DNA of 20,000 nucleotides, taken from contig JAVECO010000046.1 of assembly GCA_051942205.1 (NCBI GenBank), positions 113,470-133,469 of the forward strand, written 5' to 3'. The translations under genes and the position numbers were made by a program. Below the pieces are notes generated by a model. That model saw only the letters and a program-made list of their open reading frames with translations. It had not been told where the DNA came from and ran no database searches. This stretch comes from Coniocarpon cinnabarinum. Taxonomy: Eukaryota. Positions 1-11,961 of the stretch are shown one piece after another (position 1 is the stretch's first letter; every line of letters begins with the position of its first letter).

Positions 1-612
1 CAAAACGTCTTTGATCTTCTCTTGCTCTGCTGTACCGGTGCCCAACTTTGCTCTGTCTGCCATTTTTGCGATCATATTGAATGCGCCGACCGTGCCTTGC
101 CATTTTCCAGTCGGCCGACTGAGATAGTCGACCAAGACCGGCAACAGTCCAATGGGAAGTGCTTCGGGTTGGAGGTGGTCGAACAGCGCATCGAGGGCGT
201 ATTGGGCTCCTTCTCTCACAGTTGAGCCTTTGTCTGCCAGTGCATCAAGCGCGACCTGCACAATGTCTGCTCGTGGTCGGAGGAACAAAACCTCGGATAT
301 TGGCTGCTTCGAAGGGAATCGCTCTAAGATTGCTCCCAAAGCAAACATGGCTCCTTCACGTCGTGCGCCGTTCTTCTTGTCGGTCGCAGCTTTCTTGATC
401 GAGTCCAGGATTCCATAACTATCAAGACCTTCAAAGCCAACTGAATTAAGTATTAGATTCGTAAGCGCGTAGGATGCGTCGAGGGACTCTTGTGATGTTT
501 TGGAAGTATAGATGGTGTTAGAAATGCTATTGACCTCGTCGACGCTCGGCACATTGTCCGACATCTTGGCGACGATTGCTGGAGCTATGGGAGGAGACTC
601 GTGATGCGGCAT
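1..612 (-). CDS. elf1: eEF3-family ABC-F ATPase Elf1/New1, N-terminal HEAT region (3' part runs off the window)
   Basis: Hand translation from ATG at 612 gives 204 stop-free codons to the window edge: MPHHESPPIAPAIVAKMSDNVPSVDEVNSISNTIYTSKTSQESLDASYALTNLILNSVG...KKAATDKKNGARREGAMFALGAILERF...LDALADKGSTVREGAQYALDALF...TGKWQGTVGAF...EQEKIKDVL. This resembles the N-terminus of Pezizomycotina Elf1/New1. It is missing from the ORF track because there is no stop within the window. Confidence 0.85.
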   Translation of the reverse strand, partial: MPHHESPPIAPAIVAKMSDNVPSVDEVNSISNTIYTSKTSQESLDASYALTNLILNSVGFEGLDSYGILDSIKKAATDKKNGARREGAMFALGAILERFPSKQPISEVLFLRPRADIVQVALDALADKGSTVREGAQYALDALFDHLQPEALPIGLLPVLVDYLSRPTGKWQGTVGAFNMIAKMADRAKLGTGTAEQEKIKDVL

Positions 613-833
613 GGCTCGTGAGGACTAGGATACAGGGGTCGCGGAAAGGCGGACAATGCCGCAGAGGTTTGTTTGTAATAATGCGGCTCAACGGAAATAA
701 CAGAAACAGTAAGGCGGACCAAGGTAAATGGAAGAAGGCGGCCTCAAAGCCTCACGATGCGGAACAACGCTCAGACGGGGGACGAGGTGCAAGTCTCTCG
801 CGGACACTTTGTGGACCGGAACTTTTTTTTGGG

Positions 834-852
834 GAAAAATTTCTTTCACGTG
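834..852. promoter_or_regulatory. RRPE-like element (GAAAAATTT, 834-842) and E-box CACGTG (847-852) upstream of elf1
   Basis: Both motifs are visible about 220-240 bp upstream of the ATG. NEW1 belongs to the ribosome-biogenesis regulon in yeast. Short motifs, so a chance match is possible. Confidence 0.25.
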
Positions 853-2563
853 CGCGGCTGATGCTCACTGCGTCAGGGCCCGGAGTTACTCACTCGTATC
901 TCCGTCCTAATGGGTAGCTAGGCACAGGAGGTGGACGTCTGCATCTCGACCTCTTAAGATTCTTCATCGCTCTATTTGTCATAAAGACGAACCCAGGAGA
1001 TCATGCGACCCGTGTTGGCTGGTGCGCTTTATGTTGGGCGGTACACGCATGCATTTGCATGAATCTTGCAAACATGAATCCGGATAGGACGTCGCAAATT
1101 GTGACTAAAGCATCAGTTTATGGTTGTTGCTATTGCATCCGTGTTTCAACTCCTTATGAATCCTGATGAGCAGAGCACGCCTGGTGATCACACAGTACAG
1201 CGGATCTTGCATGTATCGCATTTCGATTGCAGCCCAGATGTCGCTACGAATTTCAACTACGCAGAGCGCATTGATCTTGAACTGCTTGTGAGCGTTCCTG
1301 TCTCGCTCACTGTCATAAAAAGGTGTCCAGTCTGACGATCTTCTCGAGGGGAACCTGACTAAGGCGACGACTGACGGGGTGCCTCCGTTGCGGAGGATGT
1401 TGGCGACTTCAAGCGTAAAATATTTGGGACTTGCAGCGAAACGCGAATAGCTTGCCAACAAGTTTCACATCGGGCGTTGGCAGCCAAAAGCGGAATGTTC
1501 GCTTCGGTGCAAGATTTTATACTGGTGTCCAGAGCCCGCTGCCCCTGGTTGCACAACAGGCATCGAGTGAAACAGCTGCACGGCTGACGTGACCTCACAG
1601 CTGCTCTGGTGCAATCTGGCCTCGCGGGCTTTGTGTCGAGTGATTTATAATAAATCGCGAGACATGACAACGCCTCGACCTGGTCCCATGACAGTCTGCA
1701 CTCCTTTCTTTCTGAACAATTTAACCATTGCTCAAAAGCATCGTGAAGCCCGAAAATTCTGATACCCATCCTCGTATCCTACTATCATGTCGATGAACGA
1801 GCAAGGATACCACTCAACGGAGATGACATATACTTACGGGGGCACCCAGTTTACCATAAGGCTATTGATTGACATGAATGTATACTATCACCACTTGTTT
1901 AGCGTGATTTTTCCGGGAACCCATGCGGAGAGGTTAGAATGGTTTGTAGACAGACTTAAAGAGGGACTGGACAATGATCTGCAAGGCAAATTTAGCGACG
2001 GATTCATCAGAAGCCCTTCAGGTTTGCGAGCCCATTTTTCGTGAGCATTAATTCCATCAATTGAGCACTCTCGTGTTTGCTGATCTTTTCGGAAAAGCAA
2101 ACTCTTCCTCTCCTTCGGTCACCACGACATCAGAGTGCATTTGACCGACGCTGATGGCATTGGCGAAGGTGGGCAACGATGGTTAAAGAACGACGGGACT
2201 TGGGTGGACCAGTGATCGTCCAAGTAGTCGTGTCCAGTAAACAGTCAATAGCTTATCTAGTTGTACCGCGAAGCTTACTACTCGCTGGCCAACATATTGC
2301 CAAGTTGTTTTGTCAACCTTACAGAATTCAGCAAATCGAGGTGGCGACCTTAGAAATTTGAAAGATGGGCTTTGGTGCACATTGATTTGCGCCAAAACTG
2401 CACACGGTCAATGTCAAGGTTGCAGGCGTTGGGCGAGGTATTGTCAAGCGTGACGGTTTCTCACCCTGCCCGTCATGTGTCAGAGCTTTGTTCTTCTAGT
2501 GGCGTCTCTCTGCAGTAGACTTGGAATGATCATGATACGGCGAAAGTCAACGCTCATGGTCTG

Positions 2564-3094
2564 ATGCGGCCGACTGGAGTCTTGTGTTTGTCTGATCTTG
2601 CAAGAACTCAGCGCAAAGTCTTGGACTTCATTATTCACGGCCGCCCTACTTCGTTCGGAAAGTTCAAATCATTTGCAACTGTCTATAACCCGCACCATGA
2701 CCCCGAAGTTAACGGCTATCTGGCTATGGCCGACATTGGATGCATCTTTCGAGATCGGGCGAAGAAAGCGCTCCACGCGCGCCCACGCGATTGTCTGTGG
2801 TGGAACTCGGTGATGTCTAAGAAGAAAGGCGGAAAGGCGTGTGTGAGGAAGCACGCATGCAGACGCGTGGAACATGCATTTATACAAGCTTTACGGCGGG
2901 AAGGAATGGACAGGAATGGTCGAAGAGTGTCAGAGGCTGACGACTCAGCAAAGCAACATGCTGGCTTAGGCGGCAGTCTGAAATTGATACTGGGTGAAAG
3001 AGTACTGACGGAGCCTTTCCGAACACTCGAGGAAGAGACTGGAAAACTGGTGGAGATGCTGTTGCGAAGAAAGAAGCGCCTTGAGCGTTGCTGA
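2564..3094 (+). CDS. Basic hypothetical protein (176 aa) with an RnpA (bacterial RNase P protein)-like motif
   Basis: ATG-initiated, K/R-rich ORF containing LWWNSVMSKKKGGKACVRKHACRRVEHAFIQALRREGMDRNGR, which resembles the RnpA signature SKKxGKAVxRNRxKRRLREAF. The start codon is uncertain. Confidence 0.65.
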   Translation: MRPTGVLCLSDLARTQRKVLDFIIHGRPTSFGKFKSFATVYNPHHDPEVNGYLAMADIGCIFRDRAKKALHARPRDCLWWNSVMSKKKGGKACVRKHACRRVEHAFIQALRREGMDRNGRRVSEADDSAKQHAGLGGSLKLILGERVLTEPFRTLEEETGKLVEMLLRRKKRLERC

Positions 3095-3137
3095 AGCATT
3101 CACAGTCCAACGCAACCATGATTGCTTGCGGCACACA

Positions 3138-3702
3138 CTACAGGGCTTCAAAAGCAAGCAATGATCCGACAAGTGGCAGCAGACCTCGAACTGCATTCAA
3201 GACGCGCCACCTCTTGATCAGATTCGTTGTCTCTTCTGTCGCTTGCGGCGATCCGCCATCCTTCTCGGCCTTAACTCTGGCAGCTTCTTCGCGCGAGTGG
3301 AGCGCGTCATTAGTCCCTTTCATGGCGGTGAGCGTGAACGGCACAATTCCGATAGTGGCCATCGCGGAACCGACCAACATCCACGAGCGATAGGAGGCTT
3401 GTGGATGGTAGTGTGTGTATGCACCGCCAAGCGAAGCGGCTGCAGCAATGAGAGCAAATGGAGGGGCGGTGCTTGCCCCCTGTTTGAACGTGAAGCGCCA
3501 TTGACGGAGAATATTGGCCTCGTTGGTGTTTTGCAGGAGAGTGGGTATTCCAATGAGCGAGATACTAAGAATCATACCTGTGCGAGATCACGAATGAGTC
3601 ATCAGTCGGCGAGGAGGGCTCCAGGAGATGAGGCTTACCAGACAGCAAGGCTTCTGCAGTAGTTGCAGTGACGAAGAGTGGCTTCGTGAGGTCGTACGGC
3701 AT
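3138..3702 (-). CDS. DUF1772 / anthrone oxygenase-family membrane protein, 2 exons (3639-3702, 3138-3577), 167 aa
   Basis: ATG at 3702 (MPYDLTKPLFVTATTAEALLSG). A 61-nt intron GTAAGC...CACAG (3578-3638) joins in frame to MILSISLIGIPTL. Family motifs: LRQWRFTFKQG, GIVPFTLTAMKGTN, LIKRWRVLNAVRGLLPLVG; four hydrophobic helices. Confidence 0.85.
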
Positions 3703-4410
3703 GCTTACGGCGTTGCCAGTGGACTCGCAACTATGGGTGGATTGCTTTGATCTGTCGCTATGTGAAAGCGTCCAGAAAGGTCTCGAGAAGCACTCTGCAC
3801 TGGTGAGTCCCGATTGCACAAAACAGAGTGGTATAGTTGGCCAATGGCAAGAGACGACATTTTGAACAGGACCTGGGCTAGCGTGCTTACTTGCAGCGAC
3901 CACTGGAAGACCCCTGGGATCCACTCCGACCGACCCTGCCGCCGGGGGTGGAACTAGACCGTTTCTGACCTCAAGTTTCCAAGTTTAAACTTCGCTCTAG
4001 ATCTATACCAACGACCCACCTTCCCATTGCTTTGCTGCAGACGCAATTTGTCCTAGGATATCGCTCCGTCTAGCCGCTGTCCCTTTTCAAGACAAGTGCA
4101 CAGATCCATGATGGCTGTCGACTGCTGCTGTCAGCGGCTCGCAACCTCGAAACCATTACCATCTCGGGCTACGGGGGCGATAGGTGGAGCGGCCTTGCGA
4201 TGCCTAATCTCACCCGCCCTGCCGCACCTGCGCAACGGCTGCCACCTAAAACATGCGGGCCTAACCTTATCTGGCTGAAAACTCTAGGCTACTTAAGAAG
4301 GCTGTTGACGCGCTGCTTGTCCGCCTGGCGTCGTGATGTGTCTGCAATATCGATCTACTCCCCGGCCACCTGGGAGGCCTCCATGAACGGGTCCCTACCT
4401 ACCAGAGGCA

Positions 4411-6789
4411 ATGGCAGGTCACCAGGATCCAAGGGTTGAGCCGGGGTTGCCCAAACACCATCATCATTACCATCTCCCTCATTATCATTTGAGAAAGACC
4501 GGCAAACGCCTTGGCCAGTTAATCCACCCCGCCAATGGCCGCAGGATTCATATCGCCCAAACTCCAGCCGAAGCGGACGTCCTGAGGAAAACCGCCTCTG
4601 ATAGCGACGAAGACGTCGAGATCTGCATTCATGGCAGCGACGAGCATGTGGAGGCTCTCAATTCGATCCGCGCGCACCATGATGAGCAAAGGTCCGAGTT
4701 GCGCGAAAAGTATGGTCACATCTTCGAGCAGGTCGAAGCCGTCTCACTGGAGCTTGAGGCCCTCTCTGAGGTAAGCAAAAAGTGTGCCAGCACATCCAAA
4801 GTGGTGGTGAAGGGCTCGACAGATGAACATGCCCTCCTCGTGCGCAGAAATGAGCTACAGAGTCTTGATTGCGCACCTTTTGGTTGCGCCTAGTCTTCAG
4901 ACGTGCTAAGGCGCAAGACTTAGGAACTGAAAATGGTCACTGACCGGTCTGTCCAATTTGACGCCAACCTCAATCGCTTTGGCTATAGCGCTGCCATTCG
5001 CACCCATGGCAACATAAGCAATCCCCGTTCCTCGTCCGTGTCCCTATCCAGCGGCAGAACTGGGCAACAGGCGCTGGATGAGTTCCACGCTCTGAAATTC
5101 CAAGGTCAAGCCATGAAGCCCTGGCGAAAGCCCATTCTCCGACAGTATTTCCATAAGGGGGTTCTGTGGCGTGCCAGTGAAGAAGAGCAAACGGCAAGCT
5201 ACGAGCTCTTTCTTGACCTGATCTACGTCGGCATTATTGCAGTCAACGGAGACAACGCTGCCGAGGAAGCTAATGGTTCAGCAATGTTACGCTTTTCACT
5301 TACATTCACAATGGGTTGGAAAATTTGGTTTGATGTTACTCAAATCTGTAATTGGATCGATCAAGACGACATCTGGCGACGGCTTTTCATCCTGGTGGAG
5401 CTGGCGTGCTTGGTTGGATTCACGACAAACATTACAGAGTACGCCCACGGGACGTACGTGCCCCTAATATCATACTATATTGCAGCTCGCCTCTTCACCG
5501 CCATTTACATCCTGATAATATCGATTGCCATTCCGATGGTCCGATGGACGAATCGCTTCCATTTAATAACCATCCTCATCCCAATCGCACTCTGGATCGG
5601 CAGCGCTTATGTACCCTACCCCCAGGACGAGATTCTTATTTGGATAGCCATTGCCATAGATCTCTTTGGCACCATGGGCATTGTCATCTTTCAGCGTTGC
5701 CTGCGCAGGTACAAGCTCTCGAGCAATTGGTTCGAAAAGGCATTTGAGTTCTTCCCGGCTCAGAACATTGAACACCGCATCGACCGGACGGGCGCCTTCG
5801 TCACTCTCGTCTTCGGCTACTCGATTGTCTCGTTACTCTATCTTAATGCCGATCACATCGGCCTCAATGCCTTCCTCGGCAAGGCGCTCCTTTCTCTCGT
5901 TCAGGCCTTCTCGCTAAATACGCTCTACTTCGAAATCGACAGCTTCAATCTTCATATGCACGCCATTCGTCGTTCGTCACACACTGCTATGCTCTGGATG
6001 ACGATGCATCTTCCTATGATTCTGGCATTCGTTCTGGCCGGCGCCGCACTCTCTCGCATCGTCCTTACCGATGATGTTTCCGGCACGTCTATCGAAGACC
6101 TCGCGGAGTATTCACAAGCCCGCTCCGAGCCTGAGATCGGCTCGGGACTGCGCTGGTTCTATACGGCGGGTCTGGGCATGGGAATGCTCTTTATGAACAT
6201 CATCGCGCTAACACATGAGTACCGTGACAACCAGAATCGCCCAGGCGCCAAGTATCCTCTCTTGTTCAAGCGGCCGTCACGACTCGTTTACCGCTCTCTT
6301 GTTGGATTGGCGCTCATATTCCTTGGGTTTGCAAAGGATCTCGACTCATTACGCCTCGTCTCAATTACATGCGGCCTCATTGCCTCTTCTTTGTTAGTTG
6401 AATGGATCGGCAATGCAATCACAGGCTGTCAACGGCATTTGCGACGGCGTTCCTCGAATCTAAGCGGCTCCACGATTGGAGGTGCGATGAGCGGAGACGT
6501 CAGCAGTGGAGAGGAGAGCGAGAAGGGCAGTCCGATGAGGAAATCACATGGCATCCGGGACTGGTGGCGGGCGTTCAAGGCGGAGTGCTGTCGCGAGGGG
6601 CATCATCACTATCGGGCAAGATTTCACTCGATGAGGCATGATGAGGGATTGGGCATGTGGAAATTCAGGCACGACGATGTTGAAGTCATTAAAGAGAGGG
6701 AGAAGGAGGTCGAGGAGGTGGCGACGGAGCTTGAGAGGAAGGCTACAAGGCTTAAGGCGGAGGCGGCGGGGATTGATGGACTGGGGTGA
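4411..6789 (+). CDS. LtrA (low temperature requirement A)-family multi-pass membrane protein, 2 exons (4411-4770, 4924-6789), about 741 aa
   Basis: Intron GTAAGC(4771)...GCTAAG...TAG(4923) joins the 160-aa and 618-aa ORFs in frame (..EALSE|ELKMVTD..). LtrA motifs ELFLDLIYVG and NIEHRIDRTGAFVTLVFGYS; many TM helices; His-rich and coiled-coil N-terminus. Confidence 0.9.
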
Positions 6790-7165
6790 TTCTCATCGAG
6801 CAGAGGCTGTTGGCTGGATTGGAACCATTTTCAACACGATGCAAGTAGGTCATCTTTGGGCATCCGCAGGCATGCAACATATACTGACGCGTCTGCATGA
6901 AGTCGCTTTGTAACTTCTAATGTCGGTTCAGACGATGAGGCCTCTGTTTCGCTTGGAAGTGCGCAGCACTCACGGTGCCATGCAATATATGCAATTCACG
7001 TTGATTGTCCGAGTAGCTGCTGCTGGTCTTAAAGGCTTGTGCGCGTGCCTTTTGATATCAAAGTTTTTACCCGGATTCTGTGCGTTGGTGGGACATCGTC
7101 TTCCGCATCCTTCTACTCTTCACTCAAACCGTCGTCTTCGAAACATCCCCTGCTCCACAACATCT

Positions 7166-7953
7166 CTATGCCTTTGCGGATGCTCGTACACTCGCTAGAC
7201 TCTTCTGGACTTCGTATCGTCGCTGCCAGCACGTTAGCACAGACTCTTCATTGACGCCACTTTCGACCTCCTGATGGACTGTCCCGTTTTCACACGCGCT
7301 CAAACGACATCCAGCAACCCTGTGACCAAACTCATCCCGATACCTATTCCATCACTTTCATTTGCTTCTGCTGCTTTCTTCACCACTCTGACTCCCCCAG
7401 AAAGAGACCAAAAAAGAGTAAACTCACCTGCTTCTTCAACCGCATCACCTTGAACCGCTCAAAATCACTCAACTCCCGCCTCCGGTCCAACCGACCCTTC
7501 GTCTGCGCCCAAGCACTCGCCTCCCACTTCTCCGAGACCTTATGCGCCTCCCACGCCTTTCGCAGTGGACCGGTTCCCGCCGCGCGGGGGAATTTGGGGA
7601 TCACGATTCCGGTCAGTGTTACGTGGGCGAGGGGCATGGATTGGCGGGGGAGAAGGGGACGGTTGTTGTGGAGGGTTGGGTTGTCGAGGAGGACCTGTAT
7701 GAGTATTTGTTAGTCGAGATCTCGTGGATTTGCTTGGACCGAATGAGGCTGGAAGCGAGTTGCGTTCGATTTGACGTCGTAGGAGGTACAGGGTATTGTA
7801 AGCTTGTGAATAGGTGGATTGACGTACTCGTTTGTGATCCACAATTTCAACAATAGCAGCCAGTTTATTGCGATGCTCGCCCCGGGTGATGAGAACAATG
7901 CGACCGACTTCGACCTGGCGCCAGACGGACGTAATGACTTCGGCGTCGCCCAT
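7166..7953 (-). CDS. RPL14: 60S ribosomal protein L14 (eL14), 3 exons (7828-7953, 7428-7694, 7166-7222), 149 aa
   Basis: [22 protein letters not shown]...[17 protein letters not shown]...PRQ...[11 protein letters not shown]...WEASAWAQ...[37 protein letters not shown]. Introns are GTACGT..ACTAAC..CAG (7695-7827) and GTGAGT..GCTAAC..CAG (7223-7427), both phase 0. Confidence 0.96.
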
Positions 7954-8415
7954 TGTGCTGTATTGCCCCCACAAATCTGTCTGTGTTGAGGCGTGGAAGG
8001 AAAGACTGGAGAGACGAAGGTTAAGGCGCGGTGATTTAGAGGTTCGTTGCGTTTTGGGCGAATTCGCGCGACTGTGTGCCAAGAGGTGGACTGAGCTGCG
8101 GATGATTTCCGCTAGAGCTGATGGCTTCCTGTCTTACTTTTCAGGCATTCATGCACTATCGATTAGGGATCTCGGAGCGAAAGAGCTGTTGGATTCTAGA
8201 AAACCTAATTCTTCACCAGTCACTCATTGGTGAACTTTGGAATAGAGTTTATAGGCGCAGATGCAATGTCGGCGCTAGCTCTATTGCAAAGAGCACCAGT
8301 GAGTGACTGAGTATACTTTTCATTTCGTCTGCATTTACATCTTCCTGGTCATTAAAGGAGTCTTTGGCATCAAATGCTAAGGTCTTTGCTCACACGATCT
8401 TTCGACGGATTTGGT

Positions 8416-8769
8416 ACATCAGTAGCTGCAGTCCCGAACTCCACGATAAACTGAAAGGGCGAAAAACAGAAAAAAAAAACAGAAAAAAAAACCGATAAAA
8501 AGAGATTCTAAGTGGCAGATCCCTTTCTCACCAGCTGCATGGATGTTCAAGATTATGTAGACCAGCTCGAACTGCTCCGGCTGGACATCGCCTGCCTAAG
8601 GGAATTTGTGTCTGACATCAACAACCTGGGACACAAGATCATTCAGGGACTGCCGAATGACTATTAACCGTTCGTCCAACGGTTGTACTTCACCCAGAAC
8701 ATGTCGCGCCGCGATCCCGATTCAAAACTCAATATTCTGAGACGCGATGTCGTGTAGTAGCAGAAGTAG
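8416..8769 (+). pseudogene. Degenerate Ty1/copia-like gag (UBN2/Retrotran_gag_2-type) fragment
   Basis: From 8539: MDVQDYVDQLELLRLDIACLREFVSDINNLGHKIIQGLPNDY*PFVQRL..., with an in-frame TAA at 8665 and further TAGs near 8755-8769. It follows the copia gag pattern 'sv.eY...f......l...g..isd.....k.l.GLP.eY..f'. An upstream piece, YISSCSPELHDKLKGRKT, is separated from it by an A-rich run. Confidence 0.5.
8461..8501 (+). repeat. A-rich simple repeat (GA5CA-GA10CA-GA9CC...)
   Basis: Directly visible: gaaaaacagaaaaaaaaaacagaaaaaaaaaccgataaaaa. Confidence 0.8.
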
Positions 8770-9300
8770 TGACAAGTCACACAGCTACTTGCGGCTTTCA
8801 GAGACGGTATCAAGGGTCATCACGCCCTGTGGAAGAGCGGAATCCTGCATTGAGATATCTCTGGCCTAATCTCATGTTTACGGATTCAAGCCAGCTCCGC
8901 GGATTATGCGGAACGCTCACTGACTATGCATACTAATTCTCCCTGAGAGTGGCTCACTTATCACGTTAACACTACGCATTCCACCGAGACTGAAACGGAG
9001 ACTACAAAAATCCAGACGTCTACGTAAGCGACAAAGCAGAAAGATGCAATCGTCGCGGCCACGTGAAGGTATCAAATATTAAGATCTCGTGCTTAGCCCT
9101 GCAGGGCACTGGAATCGAGCCTAACGAGACCCTCAAACGAGAAATGTATGGAGAGACGCGTAAGCTGGGTCACGACCTTAGAGATTGACCAGGAATTGGA
9201 TTCCTTGTGAAATGAAGGCTCAAGTGATCAAACCACTGACGGTGTGTCCAAAAAAACGACACAAACTCTCTGACTGAGCTACCACGTCAGCCGCGTGGCA

Positions 9301-9885
9301 ATGACGGATACGGTCGGCGCGGAAGAAGGCTGCGGCCTGCCCCCTTCTTCAGCCGTCAGTCGGAATCTGCTCTTGGGGCAGACCCAGCCCACCATTCCAG
9401 AGACTCAGCATATCAATCGGTCACCAAGTCCACTTTGGACGATTGGCAGCTCTGCAATTTTTTTTCGAGAGCCAGAATGCATGTCGTATGGCGTTTCAAC
9501 ACAACATAAGTGAGTGCGTAGAGCTTGATATAGCTGACGAGCACATCTTTTGCTTCGATTCGACCCCCGAACAAACCCTAGATGCCTGATACATTGGCTA
9601 GGGGTCGAAATATCGAAGACGGTACTCAGCGATGCTGACACTTTGATAGCGCGATGTCTAATTTGCAATGAAATCAACTTGGACGACGCGATTGAACTCG
9701 AATGCGAAGGAAGGCACTTTCCTTGTATGATAGTGTGCAGCACTATCCCTCAGTCATTCAATAGTCACGGTCATAATGCGACTATGAACGATGTGCTGCT
9801 AAATCACGAGATGATTACCCGCGGGGATACAGAAGTAAGGGTCTTGGTCTTGATGGCTCTCCAAATACACTACCGCCCTTCCTGA
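9301..9885 (+). CDS. Possible spliced hypothetical gene with a partial RING-like Cys/His cluster
   Basis: A 72-nt GTGAGT(9510)..GCTGAC..TAG(9581) intron would remove the stop at 9511-9513 and join two same-frame ORFs. The second contains CLIC-x12-CEGRHFPC-x3-C. The branch point is unusually far from the acceptor and the last RING pair is missing. Confidence 0.25.
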
Positions 9886-11961
9886 CCCAAGGTTCCCTTG
9901 TAGTTAAGATGGGAGGAAAAGCGGTTCTAGTTCCACCACGAGGAGATCGCCGTCCAAAGCATCCAAGTCGGGGCAAAGCTTGGACAGATGCACTTGGACA
10001 GAGTGGGAAGGCTGGGGTGCATGAGATGAGAACGAACAAATTGTCCGGCGATCTGGGATCTCAACTCAAAATTTAAACCGTGTCGACGACCGGTCCGTTA
10101 GTGCACGGTGAGACTAACATCTTGATTAAGAACAGCAACACGGTTATGAATAAGTCTCGCGGAGGAGACTCTAGTGGGCCTGTGTCTATCGAAAGCCGCA
10201 CAAATGACAGATCGCGCCGCGGCTATGGCATCGGTCGCGTAGAAGTTCGAAACGCCAACAACCACGACGACCGCTCGCAACGCATGGATCCAGGTGAAGA
10301 CAACCAGGACTATGAGCTGTCAAATTTCGAGCTGGTTGGGCTGACCATGGCAGGACTTGAGAAGTGCCGGCCGGCTTTAAGATAGCAAGGCTGTAAATGA
10401 TACGCTTGACTGCGTTCACCTCAGAAACGCATTTCCGAGCGACCCGAAGAAGGCTCACTGCACCTTTTGTGATCGGTCAATGTGACTGATAGATATTACC
10501 GTTCATTGTCATTGGACTGAGTTCACGCTTGCAACGTAAATGGTCTAAAATAATTTTGTTCTTGTAAGGAACCCGTTGTTTACTTGCATTTGCGGTGTCG
10601 TGGTACACGACCTGACCACTGATGTTCTCGTCCATGGTCAGAGATTGCGAGATGGTTCCATTCTCGACGGTCGGGTTTTGTAGATGGTGACGGAAGTGAC
10701 TTGGGTACTTACCCCGCTCCTTGGACTGCAATTCGCCCATTTGCCCTTGTTAAGGGCGCAGGCGACTTCGACTTTAAGCCACTTGATCAGCAAACATGCC
10801 CTGAGCCTAGACTAAAGCCTCAACACCTTATAGTGGTCTTCATTCGTAGACCTACGGAAGCATCTGTGAAAATCGATCATCGAAAGGACACCAACCGACG
10901 ATGTATCGAAGCGGCAGGTGCAAGATTTAGGCAACGATCAGTAGTGGCAAAAAGAGCAATGAGACGATTTACTCAGGACGCAGTCGCCATCGCCATTACC
11001 GACGACTCTTGAGCTGCAGCAGCAGACGCCTCGATGCACCTTTTACAGCATCCGGGCCAATTGTCTCTTTCCAACTTGGCTCCGACTGTCGTTTCAACGG
11101 TAACTCCGCAGCATTGATGGGATGACTGAGGAAATCAGTCAAATGCGACTGTTCCACAGCACCATCCACGCTGCCCTCACGACAGTGCATTGCCAAGAGA
11201 GTGGTTTCTCAAGTTGCGACTAGTACAGGTTCCAGTACAGCAACTTCTTTTAAGAGGGGGAGGCTATCACCGATCTCATCCCCAGGCGTGGTACCTTATA
11301 TGCCTGCGCGAGCTCGACTCGTACCTAGCTCCGGCGCCATGAACACAGTCGCCGTAGCTGACGGGCGAGTCTATGAGTCCCACTCTATTCGTGAAGAGTA
11401 AGGTTGGGGCAAGAAGTGTGCTTTAGTTTTGATATCATCAGACTGATGTCGTTGAGCTTGAGCGGCCTAGACAGCAAGGGCTAAGCACCCACTCGTGACG
11501 CTTACAAGTGAGTGTGTCTGAGACAAGAAGATATCCCCAAAGCACAATCTTCCCTCAACAGGGAAACAGTCTCCCTGCCCAGCACCACAGCGACGCGGCA
11601 CAAGCATCCTCTGACACCATGGCTTTCACTCATAACATGGGTGATGCTTACACTTGGACTACGAATGCTCAGAGCGCTTCGAGTATCCACGACCCAGTCG
11701 GGTACGGCAGCTACTCGTCCGCGACGCATCCAGGCATAGAGACGTCCGCCCTACCCAACTCTCGACTAATGTAGCTGATAGTGCCTCAAAGATCTTTCGG
11801 TATGGGCGCAGAATTTCGAGCACTTACACTGTAAAGGGAACTATCACCTGTATATTAAGTGAAAATACTAATGTTTGGCGGAGCTTGTGCCGTATCGCTG
11901 TAAAGCTGCGGAGAGAGATTGTTGCCCTATTGTTAAGGGATTGTGCTTTCGGAATCTCTCC

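Noticed and set aside
22..917. Plus-strand ORFs 22-225, 152-418, 159-398, 576-917, 728-910
   Set aside because: Antisense shadows of elf1 or its promoter, with no recognisable motifs.
4456..4491. His-rich tract HHHHYHLPHYHL in the LtrA N-terminus
   Set aside because: Low-complexity His tracts are common in fungal membrane-protein tails, and there is no independent sign of a special function.
7223..7427. Possible intronic snoRNA in the long second RPL14 intron
   Set aside because: Only imperfect C-box-like words (GTGATGG, GGATGA); no terminal CTGA D box or clear H/ACA structure was found.
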